Part shown: piece after piece, positions 42,613-52,986 of the stretch | Position numbering within the stretch: the first letter of the stretch is position 1 | Layout of the letters: each line of letters starts with the position of its first letter | Assembly (NCBI GenBank): GCA_963734545.1 | Contig: CAVTHO010000003.1 | Coordinates: 1 to 64,000 of the forward strand | Direction of reading: 5' to 3' | DNA length: 64,000 nt | From: an uncultured Spirochaetota bacterium | GTDB lineage: Bacteria > Spirochaetota > Spirochaetia > SZUA-6 > Fen-1364 | Notes under the pieces: model-generated | What the model was told of the DNA's origin: nothing | Seen by the model: only the letters and a program-made list of their open reading frames with translations | The model's database searches: none | Program-made: the position numbers and the translations under genes

Positions 42613-43203
42613 ATGCGCCGCACGGACGTCCGGCTGAGGTGGAAAGAGCGCTCCCGGCAGCTCGTCACATCCTGCTCGCTGTTCGATTTGTACGCCTCGC
42701 GGCGCACCTCCGGCGCGGGAAAGACAGGGGAGTTCTCCATCCTTGTCGCGCCCGACTGGGTCACCATAGTGCCCGTTCTCCGCGTGCCGGGACGGGAGGA
42801 TGCATTCCTCATGGTGCGCCAGTATCGACACGGGGCCGAGCTCATCACGACCGAGTTCCCCGCCGGCCTCGTGGAACCCGGCGAAGACCCGCTGCACGCC
42901 GCCGCGCGCGAGCTGGAGGAGGAAACCGGGTACCGTGCGGGCAGGATGACGCCCCTGGGCCGGGTCTGCCCGAACCCGTCGTTCATGAACAACTGGTGTT
43001 CCACCTTTCTTGCGGAAGACCTGAGCCGGGTCGGCGGCCTGTCCCTCGACGAGACCGAGGAGCTGGACGTCCTGGAAATCCCCGTTCGCGACCTGAAGGA
43101 GAGCATCGGGACGGGTGAGCTGGTCAATTCCCTGACGATGGTCGCCCTGATGTGGTACGAGCGCGGACACGCCGCCGGGGACGGCCGGGACGCTGTTCGA
43201 TGA
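42613..43203 (+). CDS. NUDIX hydrolase (ADP-ribose pyrophosphatase-like)
   Basis: VRQYRH, EFPAG, Nudix box GLVEPGEDPLHAAARELEEETG. Confidence 0.93.
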   Translation: MRRTDVRLRWKERSRQLVTSCSLFDLYASRRTSGAGKTGEFSILVAPDWVTIVPVLRVPGREDAFLMVRQYRHGAELITTEFPAGLVEPGEDPLHAAARELEEETGYRAGRMTPLGRVCPNPSFMNNWCSTFLAEDLSRVGGLSLDETEELDVLEIPVRDLKESIGTGELVNSLTMVALMWYERGHAAGDGRDAVR

Positions 43204-44231
43204 GGCTTCGGCTGAACCGGTCCGTCAAGCTCGGCCTCGAGCTCGTCCTTCTCGGCCTCCTGGTCGTCCTTTTCGTGAAAGTGCTCGATTTCCGGCAGGT
43301 ACAGGCCTATATCCGACTGATCACGCCGCGCGTGCTCCTCGGCGTCCTGGCATTCCAGCTCGCGATCCTGCTCATCCAGAGCTTCCAGTGGGGCCTGGTC
43401 CTGCGGGAAGCCGGCATCTATCGCGGCGCCTGGTGGACAATGCGGTCCCGGGTGAGCGGGGCCGCGCTCACCTACCTCACCCCTTCCATGTATTTCGGCG
43501 GCGAGCCGGTCAGGGCGGGCATGTACAAGAACGGCGGCATGACCTATCAGAAGGTCTACGCCACGATTGCCCTGGACAAGTACATCGAGCTGGCGGGCAA
43601 GATCCCCTGCATCATCGTGGGATTCAGCGCGCTCGTCTACTTCGTGCATCGGGGCACCCTCCTCATCATTCTGTCCGGGAGCATTCTCGTGGCGTTCATC
43701 GGGTTCTTCATCTTTCTCATCGCGAAGCTGTTCAACAGCGAGACATTCATCGTCGGCTTCTTCAAGAGGTTTCTACGGCTGGTTGCCCGCATCAACCCCC
43801 GCGCCGCCGTGAGGGTGCTGAAGGCCATCCGGGAGTTCGCGCGGGACGTGCACACGCTCATGGGCCGCAGGAGGATTTTCTACGCGGCAATGGCGGCCGG
43901 AGTGACGGTTGCCGTCGTGGAAGTGCTCCAGACATTCTACATCCTTTTTGTGCTGGGACGCACCAGCATCGCCGACTCATTCGTCATCTTCGCGACGGTG
44001 GTCATCCAGGGGCTCATCGGGCTCCTGCCGGGAAACATCGGCGGCATGGAGGGCACGCACCTGTTCATCTTCGCCGTGCTCGGCATCGGGTCCGACCCGA
44101 GCATCGTCTACACGTTGATCTTGCGCATGGGGCAGATGACGATGGTGCTGCTGGGACTGCTGAGCCTTTTGGCCTGGAGGATAGGCAGGGTGGGCGTGAG
44201 AGGCGCCGATCGGAATCGAACCGATGCATAA
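43200..44231 (+). CDS. Lysylphosphatidylglycerol-synthase TM-region (flippase-like) membrane protein
   Basis: TPS..GGEPVRA, DK..E, PGNIGGME; multiple TM helices. Confidence 0.88.
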   Translation: MRLRLNRSVKLGLELVLLGLLVVLFVKVLDFRQVQAYIRLITPRVLLGVLAFQLAILLIQSFQWGLVLREAGIYRGAWWTMRSRVSGAALTYLTPSMYFGGEPVRAGMYKNGGMTYQKVYATIALDKYIELAGKIPCIIVGFSALVYFVHRGTLLIILSGSILVAFIGFFIFLIAKLFNSETFIVGFFKRFLRLVARINPRAAVRVLKAIREFARDVHTLMGRRRIFYAAMAAGVTVAVVEVLQTFYILFVLGRTSIADSFVIFATVVIQGLIGLLPGNIGGMEGTHLFIFAVLGIGSDPSIVYTLILRMGQMTMVLLGLLSLLAWRIGRVGVRGADRNRTDA

Positions 44232-44272
44232 AGGTTTTGCAGACCTCTCCCTTACCTCTTGGGTACGGCGCC
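44201..44272 (-). tRNA. tRNA-Cys (GCA), CCA not encoded
   Basis: GGCGCCG/CGGCGCC acceptor stem, GAGGT-CTGCAAA-ACCTT anticodon arm, ATCGG-TTCGATT-CCGAT T-arm, U discriminator. Confidence 0.96.
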
Positions 44273-44322
44273 TTGCCGAACGGCTGTCCGGCGTGACTCT
44301 ACAGAATAAGAGAGGCTTTGTC

Positions 44323-44360
44323 CAGAGCGCCGCCGTACCCGGAGGATTTGGCGCCGCATG
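44323..44360 (+). repeat. Palindromic element copy that contains the RBS of the GT2 gene
   Basis: CAGAGCG-CCGCCG-TACC-CGGAGG-ATTTGGCGCCGC-ATG; closely matches the 29394-29431 copy. Confidence 0.7.
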
Positions 44361-45278
44361 GTGAGCATCGTCGTTCCCACGTTCAATGAAGCCGTGTACC
44401 TGCCGCGTCTCCTCGCCAGTATCGAGGCGCAGGACTACAAGGATCGCGAAATCATCGTCGCGGACAACGGCTCCCGTGACGGTACCCGGGACCTCGCGAA
44501 GAAGCACGGCGCACGGGTCGTGCACGGGGGCATCCCCGGCGTGGGCAGGAACAGGGGCGCCGCGGCGGCGCGTGGCGACACCCTCCTTTTCCTCGATGCC
44601 GACACGGTGCTCCCGGATGGCTTCATTTCGAAGATCATGGCCCGGTTCGAGAAGGACTTCATCGACATATGCGTGCCCTGGATCCGGCCGATCGACGGAT
44701 CCAAACCCGTCTATCGCACGATCTTCCAGTTCAGCAACACGTTCTTCAAGCTCATGGAGACCATCCAGCCGCAGGGCCTCGGCATCTGCATGCTGGTCAC
44801 CCGGCGCCTTCACGACCGGATCGGCGGTTTCTCGGAGAGCATACGCGTGTCGGAGGATTTCGACTATATCAAGCGCGCATCGCGGGTGGGGCGCTTCCGC
44901 GTGTATCCCCATGTGTTCGTCTACCATTCCGTGCGCCGCTACCAGAGGGAAGGAGTGGGGAACCTCGTTCAGAAGCAGTTCATGAGCGGACTCATCTACC
45001 TGTTCACCGGCAGGGCCTTCGACACGGACGACTACGCGTACGGTACCTTCTCCCATTTCGCGGGGGAGGAAGGAGAAGGGCGTCGCGCCGAACATGACGG
45101 CGCCGAGGTGAAAAGGCTGCTCAGCTCCTTCGACAAGCAGTCGAAGCGCCTGCGTACCCAGATCGAGAAGATGGAAGTCCGGAGCGCTTCCCGCGAGGCG
45201 CGGGCCCGAGGCCTCCTGTGGTCGGGGAAGGCGGCGCAGGGCGACACGCGCCGGAAAGCGCGAAAAAAGAAGAAGTGA
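44358..45278 (+). CDS. Glycosyltransferase family 2
   Basis: SIVVPTFNE, ADNGSRDGT, RNRGA, FLDAD, GGF, EDFD. Confidence 0.93.
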   Translation: MVSIVVPTFNEAVYLPRLLASIEAQDYKDREIIVADNGSRDGTRDLAKKHGARVVHGGIPGVGRNRGAAAARGDTLLFLDADTVLPDGFISKIMARFEKDFIDICVPWIRPIDGSKPVYRTIFQFSNTFFKLMETIQPQGLGICMLVTRRLHDRIGGFSESIRVSEDFDYIKRASRVGRFRVYPHVFVYHSVRRYQREGVGNLVQKQFMSGLIYLFTGRAFDTDDYAYGTFSHFAGEEGEGRRAEHDGAEVKRLLSSFDKQSKRLRTQIEKMEVRSASREARARGLLWSGKAAQGDTRRKARKKKK

Positions 45279-46471
45279 CCCGGGACACGCGCGCCTCCCG
45301 CCGAAAGCCGGGGCAACGCGGCTCATCGGCCCGATCCCTTCGCGACACTCTGACTGCATATGCGTACCTGAGCCCCTCGGCCCTCATCATTGGCGTCTTC
45401 GGGATCTTCCCCTTGTTCTTCACGATCTATGTGAGCCTCTTCAAGTGGCGGCTGGCCCGGGGAGACTTTGCGGGTCTCGACAACTACCTGAAGCTCCTCG
45501 GCGGCAATCTGTGGTACCTCGCCGCGACGCTCGCTTCCCTCGGAGGCATCCTGCTGGCCGCGATGCTCATGCGCCGGCGCCGCGCCGGGTGGGGCCGGCT
45601 CCGGCTCTTCTGCGGCGTGGTGGTCCTTGCGGGGTCTCTTCTCGGCCTCGGCCTGTCCCTGCCATTCCTCGCCTCCCAGGGCGACAGGGAAGCCTTCGAC
45701 GCGCTGCGCGTGACGATCTGGTATTCCTTCTGCACGGTTCCGGTCCAGCTTGCTGCCGGCCTGCTGCTGGCCGTGCTCCTGACGCGGCGCATCCGGGGAA
45801 GGCAGGCATTCCGTGTCCTGTACCTGGTACCCTACATCGCACCCACCGTTGCCACTGCCGCGATCTTCGAGCTTCTGTTCTCCCTCCGCCCCGATTCCTT
45901 TGCCAACCAGCTCATGAAGCTCCTCCGCGCCGGGCCGCTGCAGTGGCTGCAGGAATCGCGGGGATTCGTGCAGATCGTGTTCGGTGCCGGACCGCGGTGG
46001 GAAGGCGTGGTGCCCGCCTACTGGGCGGGCTGGGCCCAGGGGCCGAGCCTCGCGCTGGTGTCGGTCATCATCTACAGCTGGTGGGTATTCGTGGGGTACT
46101 ATGCCCTCATCTACATCAACGGTCTCGGCGCCATACCCCGGCAGCTCTACGAGGCAGCGCAGGTCGACGGCGCCGGCAGGATCCGCAGCTTCTTCTCCAT
46201 CACGATTCCCCTCCTGTCTCCGACCACCTATTTCCTGTCACTGCTCGGGGTGATCGGGACATTCAAGGCATTCACCCAGCTCTACGTGCTGCGGAGCGCC
46301 GCGGCCTCCGGCACGGTGGACTCCGTCAGCGTCGCCATATTCTTCACGGCTTTCCGCAAGGGCAACATGGGATACGCTTCCGCCATCTCGATCCTCCTCT
46401 TTCTGATCGTCCTCGGGCTCACCGTTCTTCAGCAGCGGACAACGGAGAAGGGCGTGCACTATGGCGATTGA
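45275..46471 (+). CDS. Carbohydrate ABC transporter permease
   Basis: GLDNY, LYEAAQVDGA EAA motif, MGYASA. Confidence 0.93.
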   Translation: MTRDTRASRRKPGQRGSSARSLRDTLTAYAYLSPSALIIGVFGIFPLFFTIYVSLFKWRLARGDFAGLDNYLKLLGGNLWYLAATLASLGGILLAAMLMRRRRAGWGRLRLFCGVVVLAGSLLGLGLSLPFLASQGDREAFDALRVTIWYSFCTVPVQLAAGLLLAVLLTRRIRGRQAFRVLYLVPYIAPTVATAAIFELLFSLRPDSFANQLMKLLRAGPLQWLQESRGFVQIVFGAGPRWEGVVPAYWAGWAQGPSLALVSVIIYSWWVFVGYYALIYINGLGAIPRQLYEAAQVDGAGRIRSFFSITIPLLSPTTYFLSLLGVIGTFKAFTQLYVLRSAAASGTVDSVSVAIFFTAFRKGNMGYASAISILLFLIVLGLTVLQQRTTEKGVHYGD

Positions 46472-47356
46472 AGGCCGCTCTCCCCGGCCGCGGGCTCGGG
46501 CGGTCCACCAGGGTCCGCGCGAGCACCGTGAACGTCATCGCGGTCTACCTCGTCCTGACTTTTGGCGCCCTGGCATGCATCGTGCCGTTCCTTTTCATGC
46601 TGAGCACATCCCTGAAGACCATCGGGGAGACGATCACCCGTGTCAGCCCCATTCCCTTTGACCCGGAGTTCTGGCCCCGTACTCCCCAGTGGATCAACTT
46701 TGTCACTGCCTGGTCGGACGCGAGCTTCAGCCTCTATTTCAGAAACAGCGTCATCACCGCGGCGCTGACGGTGGCGGGAGTAGTCGCGAGCTCTTCTCTC
46801 GCCGCCTATGCTTTCGCCAAGATCCGATTCGTCGGTTCCCGGTTCATTTTCGCCGTGCTGCTGGCGACCCTGATCATCCCCGAGAGCGTGTACCTCATCC
46901 CCAATTTCATCATGATCACCCGTCTGGGCTGGTACGACACGCTCGCGGGTCTGACCGTACCCTTCATGGCGAGCGCATTCTACATTTTCCTTCTGCGGCA
47001 GTTCTTCTCCCAGGTGCCCAACGAGCTGCTGGAGAGCGCGCGCATCGACGGCGCCGGTCATACGCGGGCCTTCTCTTCCATCCTGCTCCCCCTTTCCGGC
47101 GCGCCTTTGTTCACCGTGGCATTTCTGGCCTTCGTTGGATCGTGGAACTCTCTTCAGTGGCCGCTCGTGGCCACCCGCACGGCCCGATGGCGGCCGATCA
47201 CCGTCGGGCTGACCACCTTCATCTCTGAGGCAGGCCCCCAGAACGAGCTGCGCATGGCAGGGGCCGTGCTGGCCGTTCTGCCCGGTCGTGCTTGTCTACT
47301 TCTTCGCGCAGAAGCGATTTACCGAGGCTATCGCCCGCAGTGGCATCAAGGGCTGA
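46468..47356 (+). CDS. Carbohydrate ABC transporter permease; frameshift near 47283
   Basis: YFRNS, AAYAFAK, FLLRQFF, ELLESARIDGA, WNSLQWPL. Confidence 0.93.
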
Positions 47357-47390
47357 TATCCATTACTTTTGACATTGCAATGGAGGGAAT

Positions 47391-48722
47391 ATGAGGCGGG
47401 CAATCGTGTGCGTGTTCCTCCTCGTTCTGCCGCTTGTCCTGTTCGGCCAGGGCAACGGGCTGTCGGGGGACAAATCCGCGGAGTACCGCGGCGCGGATCC
47501 GACGGGAACGACGATCACCTACTGGTACCAGCATACAGGGGCCAACGGCGATGCCATGCAGAAAATGATCGCCGACTTCAACGCAACCAATCCGTGGAAG
47601 ATCACCGTGAAGGGCGAGTACGCGGGGCCCTACGACCAGATCTACAACAAGATGGTCGCTGCAATCGCGGCCGGCAACCCGCCCGAGCTCGTGGTGGCGT
47701 ACCAGAACCAGTCCGCCACCTACCAGGTGAACAATGCGCTGGTGGACCTGAATGTCTACGTCACGGATCCGAAGTGGGGACTCGGAAAAGATATCGCCGA
47801 TTTCTTCGAGGGCTTCATCAACCAGGACGTGAACGCACAGTTCGGCGGCAAGCGCCTGGGCTTCCCGCCCAACCGCTCTCTCGAGGTCATGTACTGGAAT
47901 ATGACGCTGCTGAAATCCGTCGGAATCACCGCCCCGCCGAAGACGTGGGACGAGTTTGCCGCTGACTGCCGGAAGGTCACGAACAAGGACAAGGACACGT
48001 ACGGTTACGCGCTGGACAACCTGGATGCATCGCACGTCTACGCCCTCGTCATCTCCCGCGGCGGAGAGTTCGCCCGGGCCGACGGGAAAGGCTACACTCT
48101 GAACACGCCGCAGATGAAGGCATCCATGACCTACATGCGCGGGCTCGTCAATCAGGGCCTCGCGCGCAAGATCCCGAAGAAGTACGACGATCAGACGGAC
48201 TTCGGAAACGGGAAAGCGGCCTTCACTCTCAGCTCCACATCAGGGCTCACCTTCTACGACAAGGCCGTCAAGGCGAACAAGGACGGGCCGTTCCAATGGG
48301 GAATCGCGCCCGTGCCCCAGCTCACCGCCTCCGGCGCGCCCGCTATCGACCTCTACGGCGCCAGCGTGAGTATCCCGAAGAGCACTCCACAGAAGCAGCT
48401 CGCTGCCTGGCTCTTCATCAAGTGGTTCTCCGAGCCCCAGCAGCAGGCCCAGTGGGCCCACGTATCGAAGTATTTCCCTGTCCGCAAGGCGGCAGAGAAG
48501 CTCATGGCCGACCTGTTCGACGCGGATGCGAATTTCGCCGCCGCCTGGAAAATCCTGAAGATCGCCAACCTCAAGGCGGAGCCCCCTTTCGCCGGCTATG
48601 ACCTTGTCCGGGATGCCATCACCGCCGCGTACAGCAAGGTGCTGGACGGCGCGGACGTGGATTTGACACTTGCGGCGCTGCAGGAGCAGGCGGACAAGCT
48701 CTACAAGGATTCGGCGCCCTGA
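47391..48722 (+). CDS. ABC transporter substrate-binding protein (CUT1/UgpB-like)
   Basis: Signal peptide, ITYWYQH, PKTWDE, AAWLFIKWF. Confidence 0.92.
   Translation: MRRAIVCVFLLVLPLVLFGQGNGLSGDKSAEYRGADPTGTTITYWYQHTGANGDAMQKMIADFNATNPWKITVKGEYAGPYDQIYNKMVAAIAAGNPPELVVAYQNQSATYQVNNALVDLNVYVTDPKWGLGKDIADFFEGFINQDVNAQFGGKRLGFPPNRSLEVMYWNMTLLKSVGITAPPKTWDEFAADCRKVTNKDKDTYGYALDNLDASHVYALVISRGGEFARADGKGYTLNTPQMKASMTYMRGLVNQGLARKIPKKYDDQTDFGNGKAAFTLSSTSGLTFYDKAVKANKDGPFQWGIAPVPQLTASGAPAIDLYGASVSIPKSTPQKQLAAWLFIKWFSEPQQQAQWAHVSKYFPVRKAAEKLMADLFDADANFAAAWKILKIANLKAEPPFAGYDLVRDAITAAYSKVLDGADVDLTLAALQEQADKLYKDSAP
47466..47494 (-). repeat. Full palindromic element copy in-frame inside the binding-protein CDS
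   Basis: Minus strand GCG-CCGCGG-TACT-CCGCGG-ATTTGTCCCC; read on the plus strand as GDKSAEYRGA. Confidence 0.75.
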
Positions 48723-48736
48723 GGAATAGTTTTTCA

Positions 48737-48765
48737 TTGACAAAGTAGGCCCAGTGTCTTAAAAT
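48737..48765 (+). promoter_or_regulatory. Near-consensus sigma70 promoter
   Basis: TTGACA-17 nt-TAAAAT; AAGGAG RBS before ATG 48851. Confidence 0.75.
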
Positions 48766-48850
48766 CTCCAGAAGCTCATTTATATAAAGTTGCCTGGCAA
48801 ACCGGGCCATCTGACAAGATATGTCTATCGGAAATGTGAAAGGAGAATAT

Positions 48851-50823
48851 ATGAAACCCGGCACGCGCTCGTTGTTTACCGTGTGCGCTTCCGCAATGCT
48901 CGTTGCGCTTCTGGCAGCCTGCCCCAATCCGATCGTACCCGGCAAGGGCGGTGTGTTGACCATCTCCATCAACAACAACATCGACGAGAGGACCCTGCTG
49001 CCTCCGATCGACATGGACGCGGACAGCTTCTCGGTGATCGGCACAGGCCCCGGCGGGGCCGACTTCTCCCAGACTACTACCGGGGCCCCCGTAACGGTGA
49101 GTGGGCTTGCCTTCGGCTCCTGGAGCGTGACCGTGAATGCGCTCGAATGCCGGGGGCACCATCATCGGCAGCGGTCAGGCAACAGTGGCCGTGCATACCG
49201 GGCAGACCACGACAGCAACTATCTCCGTGGTGCCTCTGGAGGGAAACGGCACACTGGACCTCACCGTGACCTGGACCGCTTCGCAGGTGGATGAGGCATC
49301 GATCGAGGCGAGCCTGACGCCTCCCTCAGGCCCCGAGACGCCCCTGGGCTTCGGCGTCGAAGGCAATGTGGCAACCTATTCCAGCACGACCATACCGGCC
49401 GGCTACCAGACGCTGACGGTGCAGCTTCTGGACAACGGCATACCCGTGATGGGAGCGGTGGAGGTGGTGAGGATCGTGGCAGGGCAGACGACCACGGGAA
49501 CATACGAATTCGAGAACGTGAACAGGCCGGGCGGCTCGGTGCAGGTGAACATCACTCCCGAGATGGCAGAGCCGATACCGGTGAGCATCAGCGGGGTGCC
49601 GCCGACAGTGCGTGCGGGCGCAGAGCATGACAGCCACGGCGTCGGTGAGCGACGGGACGGCGGGCGTTGTCTACGTGTGGTACCTGAACGGTGTGACCGT
49701 GGGCACGGGAGCCAGCTACACGCTGGGGGGCACAGTTCCCGCGGGCTGGTATCGGCTTGACGTGACGGCCTACGCGGCGGGCGGGACACGCGCGGGCAGC
49801 GACACCGCCAGCTTCCAGGTGACAGCCGCGGGCGGCCCACCAGGGCGCTACGTGTATGTTGCGAATGCCGGTAGCGCCAATCTGTCGGCCTACTCCATCG
49901 GCTCCGGCGGCCTGCTCACTCCCTTGAGCACCCCCACCTTCGGTACCGGAACCTGGCCTCTCGGAATCGCGGCTACGCCAAACAGATCTTTCCTCTACCT
50001 GTCGAACTGGCTCAGCAATACCTTGTCCGCTTTCGCTATCAGCCCCGTCGGCCTGCTGATCCCCTTGAGCACCCCCACATTTGCTGCCGGATCGTACCCC
50101 ACGGAAATCGCGGTTACGCCAGACGGCTCTTTCCTGTACGTGGCCAACGGCAACGGCAACACCGTGTTGGCCTATGCCATCGGCTCGGACGGCTTGCTTA
50201 CCCCCTTGGATACTCCGTTCCCGACCGGGGCGCTACCACAGGGAATCGCGATTACGCCCAACGGCTCTTTCCTCTATGTTGCGAACGAGAACAGCAACAC
50301 CGTGTCGGCATACGCCATTAGCTCAGGCGGTCAGCTGACGCCCCTCGCTACCCCCAGTTTTCCGACTGAAACGATGCCGTACGGAATTGCGATTACGCCC
50401 AACGGTTCCTTCCTCTACATCACGAGCTTGAGCAGCGCGAATGTTTCGGCCTACGCCATCGGCTCGGACGGGCTGCTCACCCCCTTAGGTACTACTTTCC
50501 CGACTGGAGCGAACCCTCGGGAAATGGCGATTACGCCCAATGGCGCTTTCCTCTACGTAACTAACTTCGGCGGCAACACCGTATCGGGGTTCGCCATCGG
50601 CTCCAGCGGGCTTCTCACTCCATTAAGTACCTCCACCTTCGAAACCGGGGTCAACCCTCGCGCAATAGCCGTTACGCCCAACGGCTTCTTCCTCTATGTG
50701 ACGAACTTCGGCAACAACACGGTGTCCGCCTATGCCATCGGCCCGGGCGGCCTGCTCACCCCTTTGAGCCCGTCCACGTTTGCTGCCGGAGACGGCCCTA
50801 TCGGAATCACGGTTGTGCCGTGA
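48851..50823 (+). CDS. Lipoprotein A: Ig-like stalk plus 7-bladed lactonase-type beta-propeller; frameshifts near 49145 and 49620
   Basis: LLAA-C lipobox; seven ~45-aa repeats FLYV.N..NTVSAYAIG..GLLTPL..PTF.TG..P..IA.TP.G. Confidence 0.87.
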
Positions 50824-51880
50824 CGATAGCGGATGAGTAGTTGACGGAGGCCGTTCGCCTACGAGGGATGCAGACGACGGGAACGGCGAGCAAAACTTGT
50901 GGAGGGAAGTATGAAAACAAAACTGCTTGTATTGTTCGGGCTTGCTTCGTTGATTGTTGTTCTTCTTCTGGCAGCCTGCCCCAATCCGATCGTACCCGGC
51001 AAGGGCGGTGTGTTGACCATCTCCATCAACAACAACATCGACGAGAGGACCCTGCTGCCTCCGATCGACATGGACGCGGACAGCTTCTCGGTGATCGGCA
51101 CAGGCCCCGGCGGGGCCGACTTCTCCCAGACTACTACCGGGGCCCCCGTAACGGTGAGTGGGCTTGCCTTCGGCTCCTGGAGCGTGACGGTGAATGCGCT
51201 CAATGCCGGGGGCACCATCATCGGCAGCGGTCAGGCAACAGTGACCGTGCATACCGGGCAGACCACGACAGCAACTATCTCCGTGGTGCCTCTGGAGGGA
51301 AACGGCACACTGGACCTCACCGTGACCTGGACCGCTTCGCAGGTGGATGAGGCATCGATCGAGGCGAGCCTGACGCCTCCCTCAGGCCCCGAGACGCCCC
51401 TGGGCTTCGGGGTCACAGGCAACGTGGCAACCTATTCCAGCACGACCATACCGGCCGGCTACCAGACGCTGACGGTGCAGCTGCTGGACAACGGCATCCC
51501 CGTGATGGGAGCGGTGGAGGTGGTGAGGATCGTGGCAGGGCAGACGACCACGGGAGCATACGAATTCGAGAACGTGAACAGGCCGGGCGGCTCGGTGCAG
51601 GTGCACATCACTCCCTGAGATGGCAGAGCCGATACCGGTGAGCATCAGCGGGGTGCCGCCAACAGTGAGTGCGGGCGCGGAGCATGACAGCCACGGCGTC
51701 GGTGAGCGACGGGACGACGGGCGTTGTCTACGTGTGGTACCTGAACGGTGTGAGCGTGGGCACGGGAGCCAGCTACACGCTGGGGGGCACAGTTCCCGCG
51801 GGCTGGTATCGGCTTGACGTGACAGCCTACGCGGCGGGCGGGACCCGGGCGGGCAGTGACACCGCCAGCTTCCAGGTGAC
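48908..51880 (+). repeat. Direct duplication of ~915 bp (48908-49823 and 50965-51880), offset 2057 bp
   Basis: Near-identical DNA from CTTCTGGCAGCCTGCCCCAATCCG to TTCCAGGTGAC in both copies. Confidence 0.95.
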
Positions 51881-52895
51881 CGGGACGGCCAATGCGCATA
51901 CCTACCTCTATGTGGCGAACGCGGCCTCCAACTCCATTTCAGTCCTTGAAATCGGGAGCACGGGAGCGCTGACCATGATGAGCGGCTCTCCCTATATGGC
52001 GGGAACGGCACCCGAGTCCCTTGCCGTGGATCCGACCGGTAAGTTCCTGTTTGCAGCGAATCGCAATTCCCACAATATATCGGCTTACACGATCGGGAGC
52101 GCAGGGGCGCTGACTCTGGTGAGCGGCTCCCCATTCGCCGCGGGACTGTATCCTCAGTGCGTTGCGGTGGATCGGACCGGCAAGTTTCTCTACGCGGCCA
52201 ACTCCTCTTCCGGCAGCATCTCGGCATATTCGATCGGAAGCACGGGAGCGTTGACGCCGCTCAGCGGCTCCCCGTTTGCCACGGGACCAGGATCAGTTTC
52301 TCTTGTTATCGATCCGACCGGCAGGTTCCTTTATGTGACCAGCGCAAATGCAGTGTCGGGATACTCGATAGGAAGCGCGGGCGGGCTTACGCCGCTGAGT
52401 GGTTCCCCCTTTCCCGCATCTGGAGGACCCAATGCCATTACGATCGATCCGACCGGCAAGTTCCTCTACGCAACACACGCTTCATTGAACAATGTGTCGG
52501 CATACGCCATAGGACCCGAGGGCGGGCTCACGCCGGTGAGCGGATCTCCATTTGCCGCGGGAGCGAACCCATTTTCAGTCGCCGTGGATCCGACAGGCAG
52601 GTTCGTGTATGTAGCAAATCTCAACTCGGCCACTGTATCGGCCTATTCGATAGGAAGCTCGGGAGCGCTCACGGAAGTGAGCGGTTCTCCTTTTGCGTCG
52701 GGCACGACCCCGGTTTTTGTCAGGGCGGATCCATCCGGCAGGTTCCTCTACGTTGCCACTGCAGGTGCCAACTATACCGTATCAGCCTTTACAATCGGAA
52801 GCACGGGAGGGCTCACGGCGATTAGCGGATCCCCGTTCTATTCTGGCTACTCTCCCTTTGCCCTGGCCTTTGTGACAATGATGAGCGCACCCTAG
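50911..52895 (+). CDS. Lipoprotein B: same stalk as A plus a different 7-bladed beta-propeller; frameshifts near 51616 and 51678
   Basis: LLAA-C lipobox; repeats FLY.AN..S..ISAYSIGS.GALT.VSGSPFA.G..P..VAVDPTG(K/R). Confidence 0.87.
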
Positions 52896-52929
52896 GCGCG
52901 GGCGGCCTTCCTGGAGGTAACGATAACAT

Positions 52930-52959
52930 TTGACAAGATACCGGTAATGGACTAATAAT
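52930..52959 (+). promoter_or_regulatory. sigma70-type promoter for the small zinc-ribbon gene
   Basis: TTGACA-17 nt-TAATAAT. Confidence 0.5.
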
Positions 52960-52986
52960 CGAACGTACGTTTTTTGGGAGGGAAAA

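Noticed and set aside
44201-44272. tRNA-Cys as the attachment site of an integrated element
   Set aside because: No integrase and no duplicated tRNA 3' end in the window.
51613-51620. In-frame TGA as selenocysteine or read-through
   Set aside because: The paralogous copy reads CCC GAG ATG; the TGA arises from one inserted T that also shifts the frame.
48851-52895. Duplicated lipoproteins or the 357-bp array as a diversity-generating retroelement
   Set aside because: No reverse transcriptase, and the differences are not adenine-specific.
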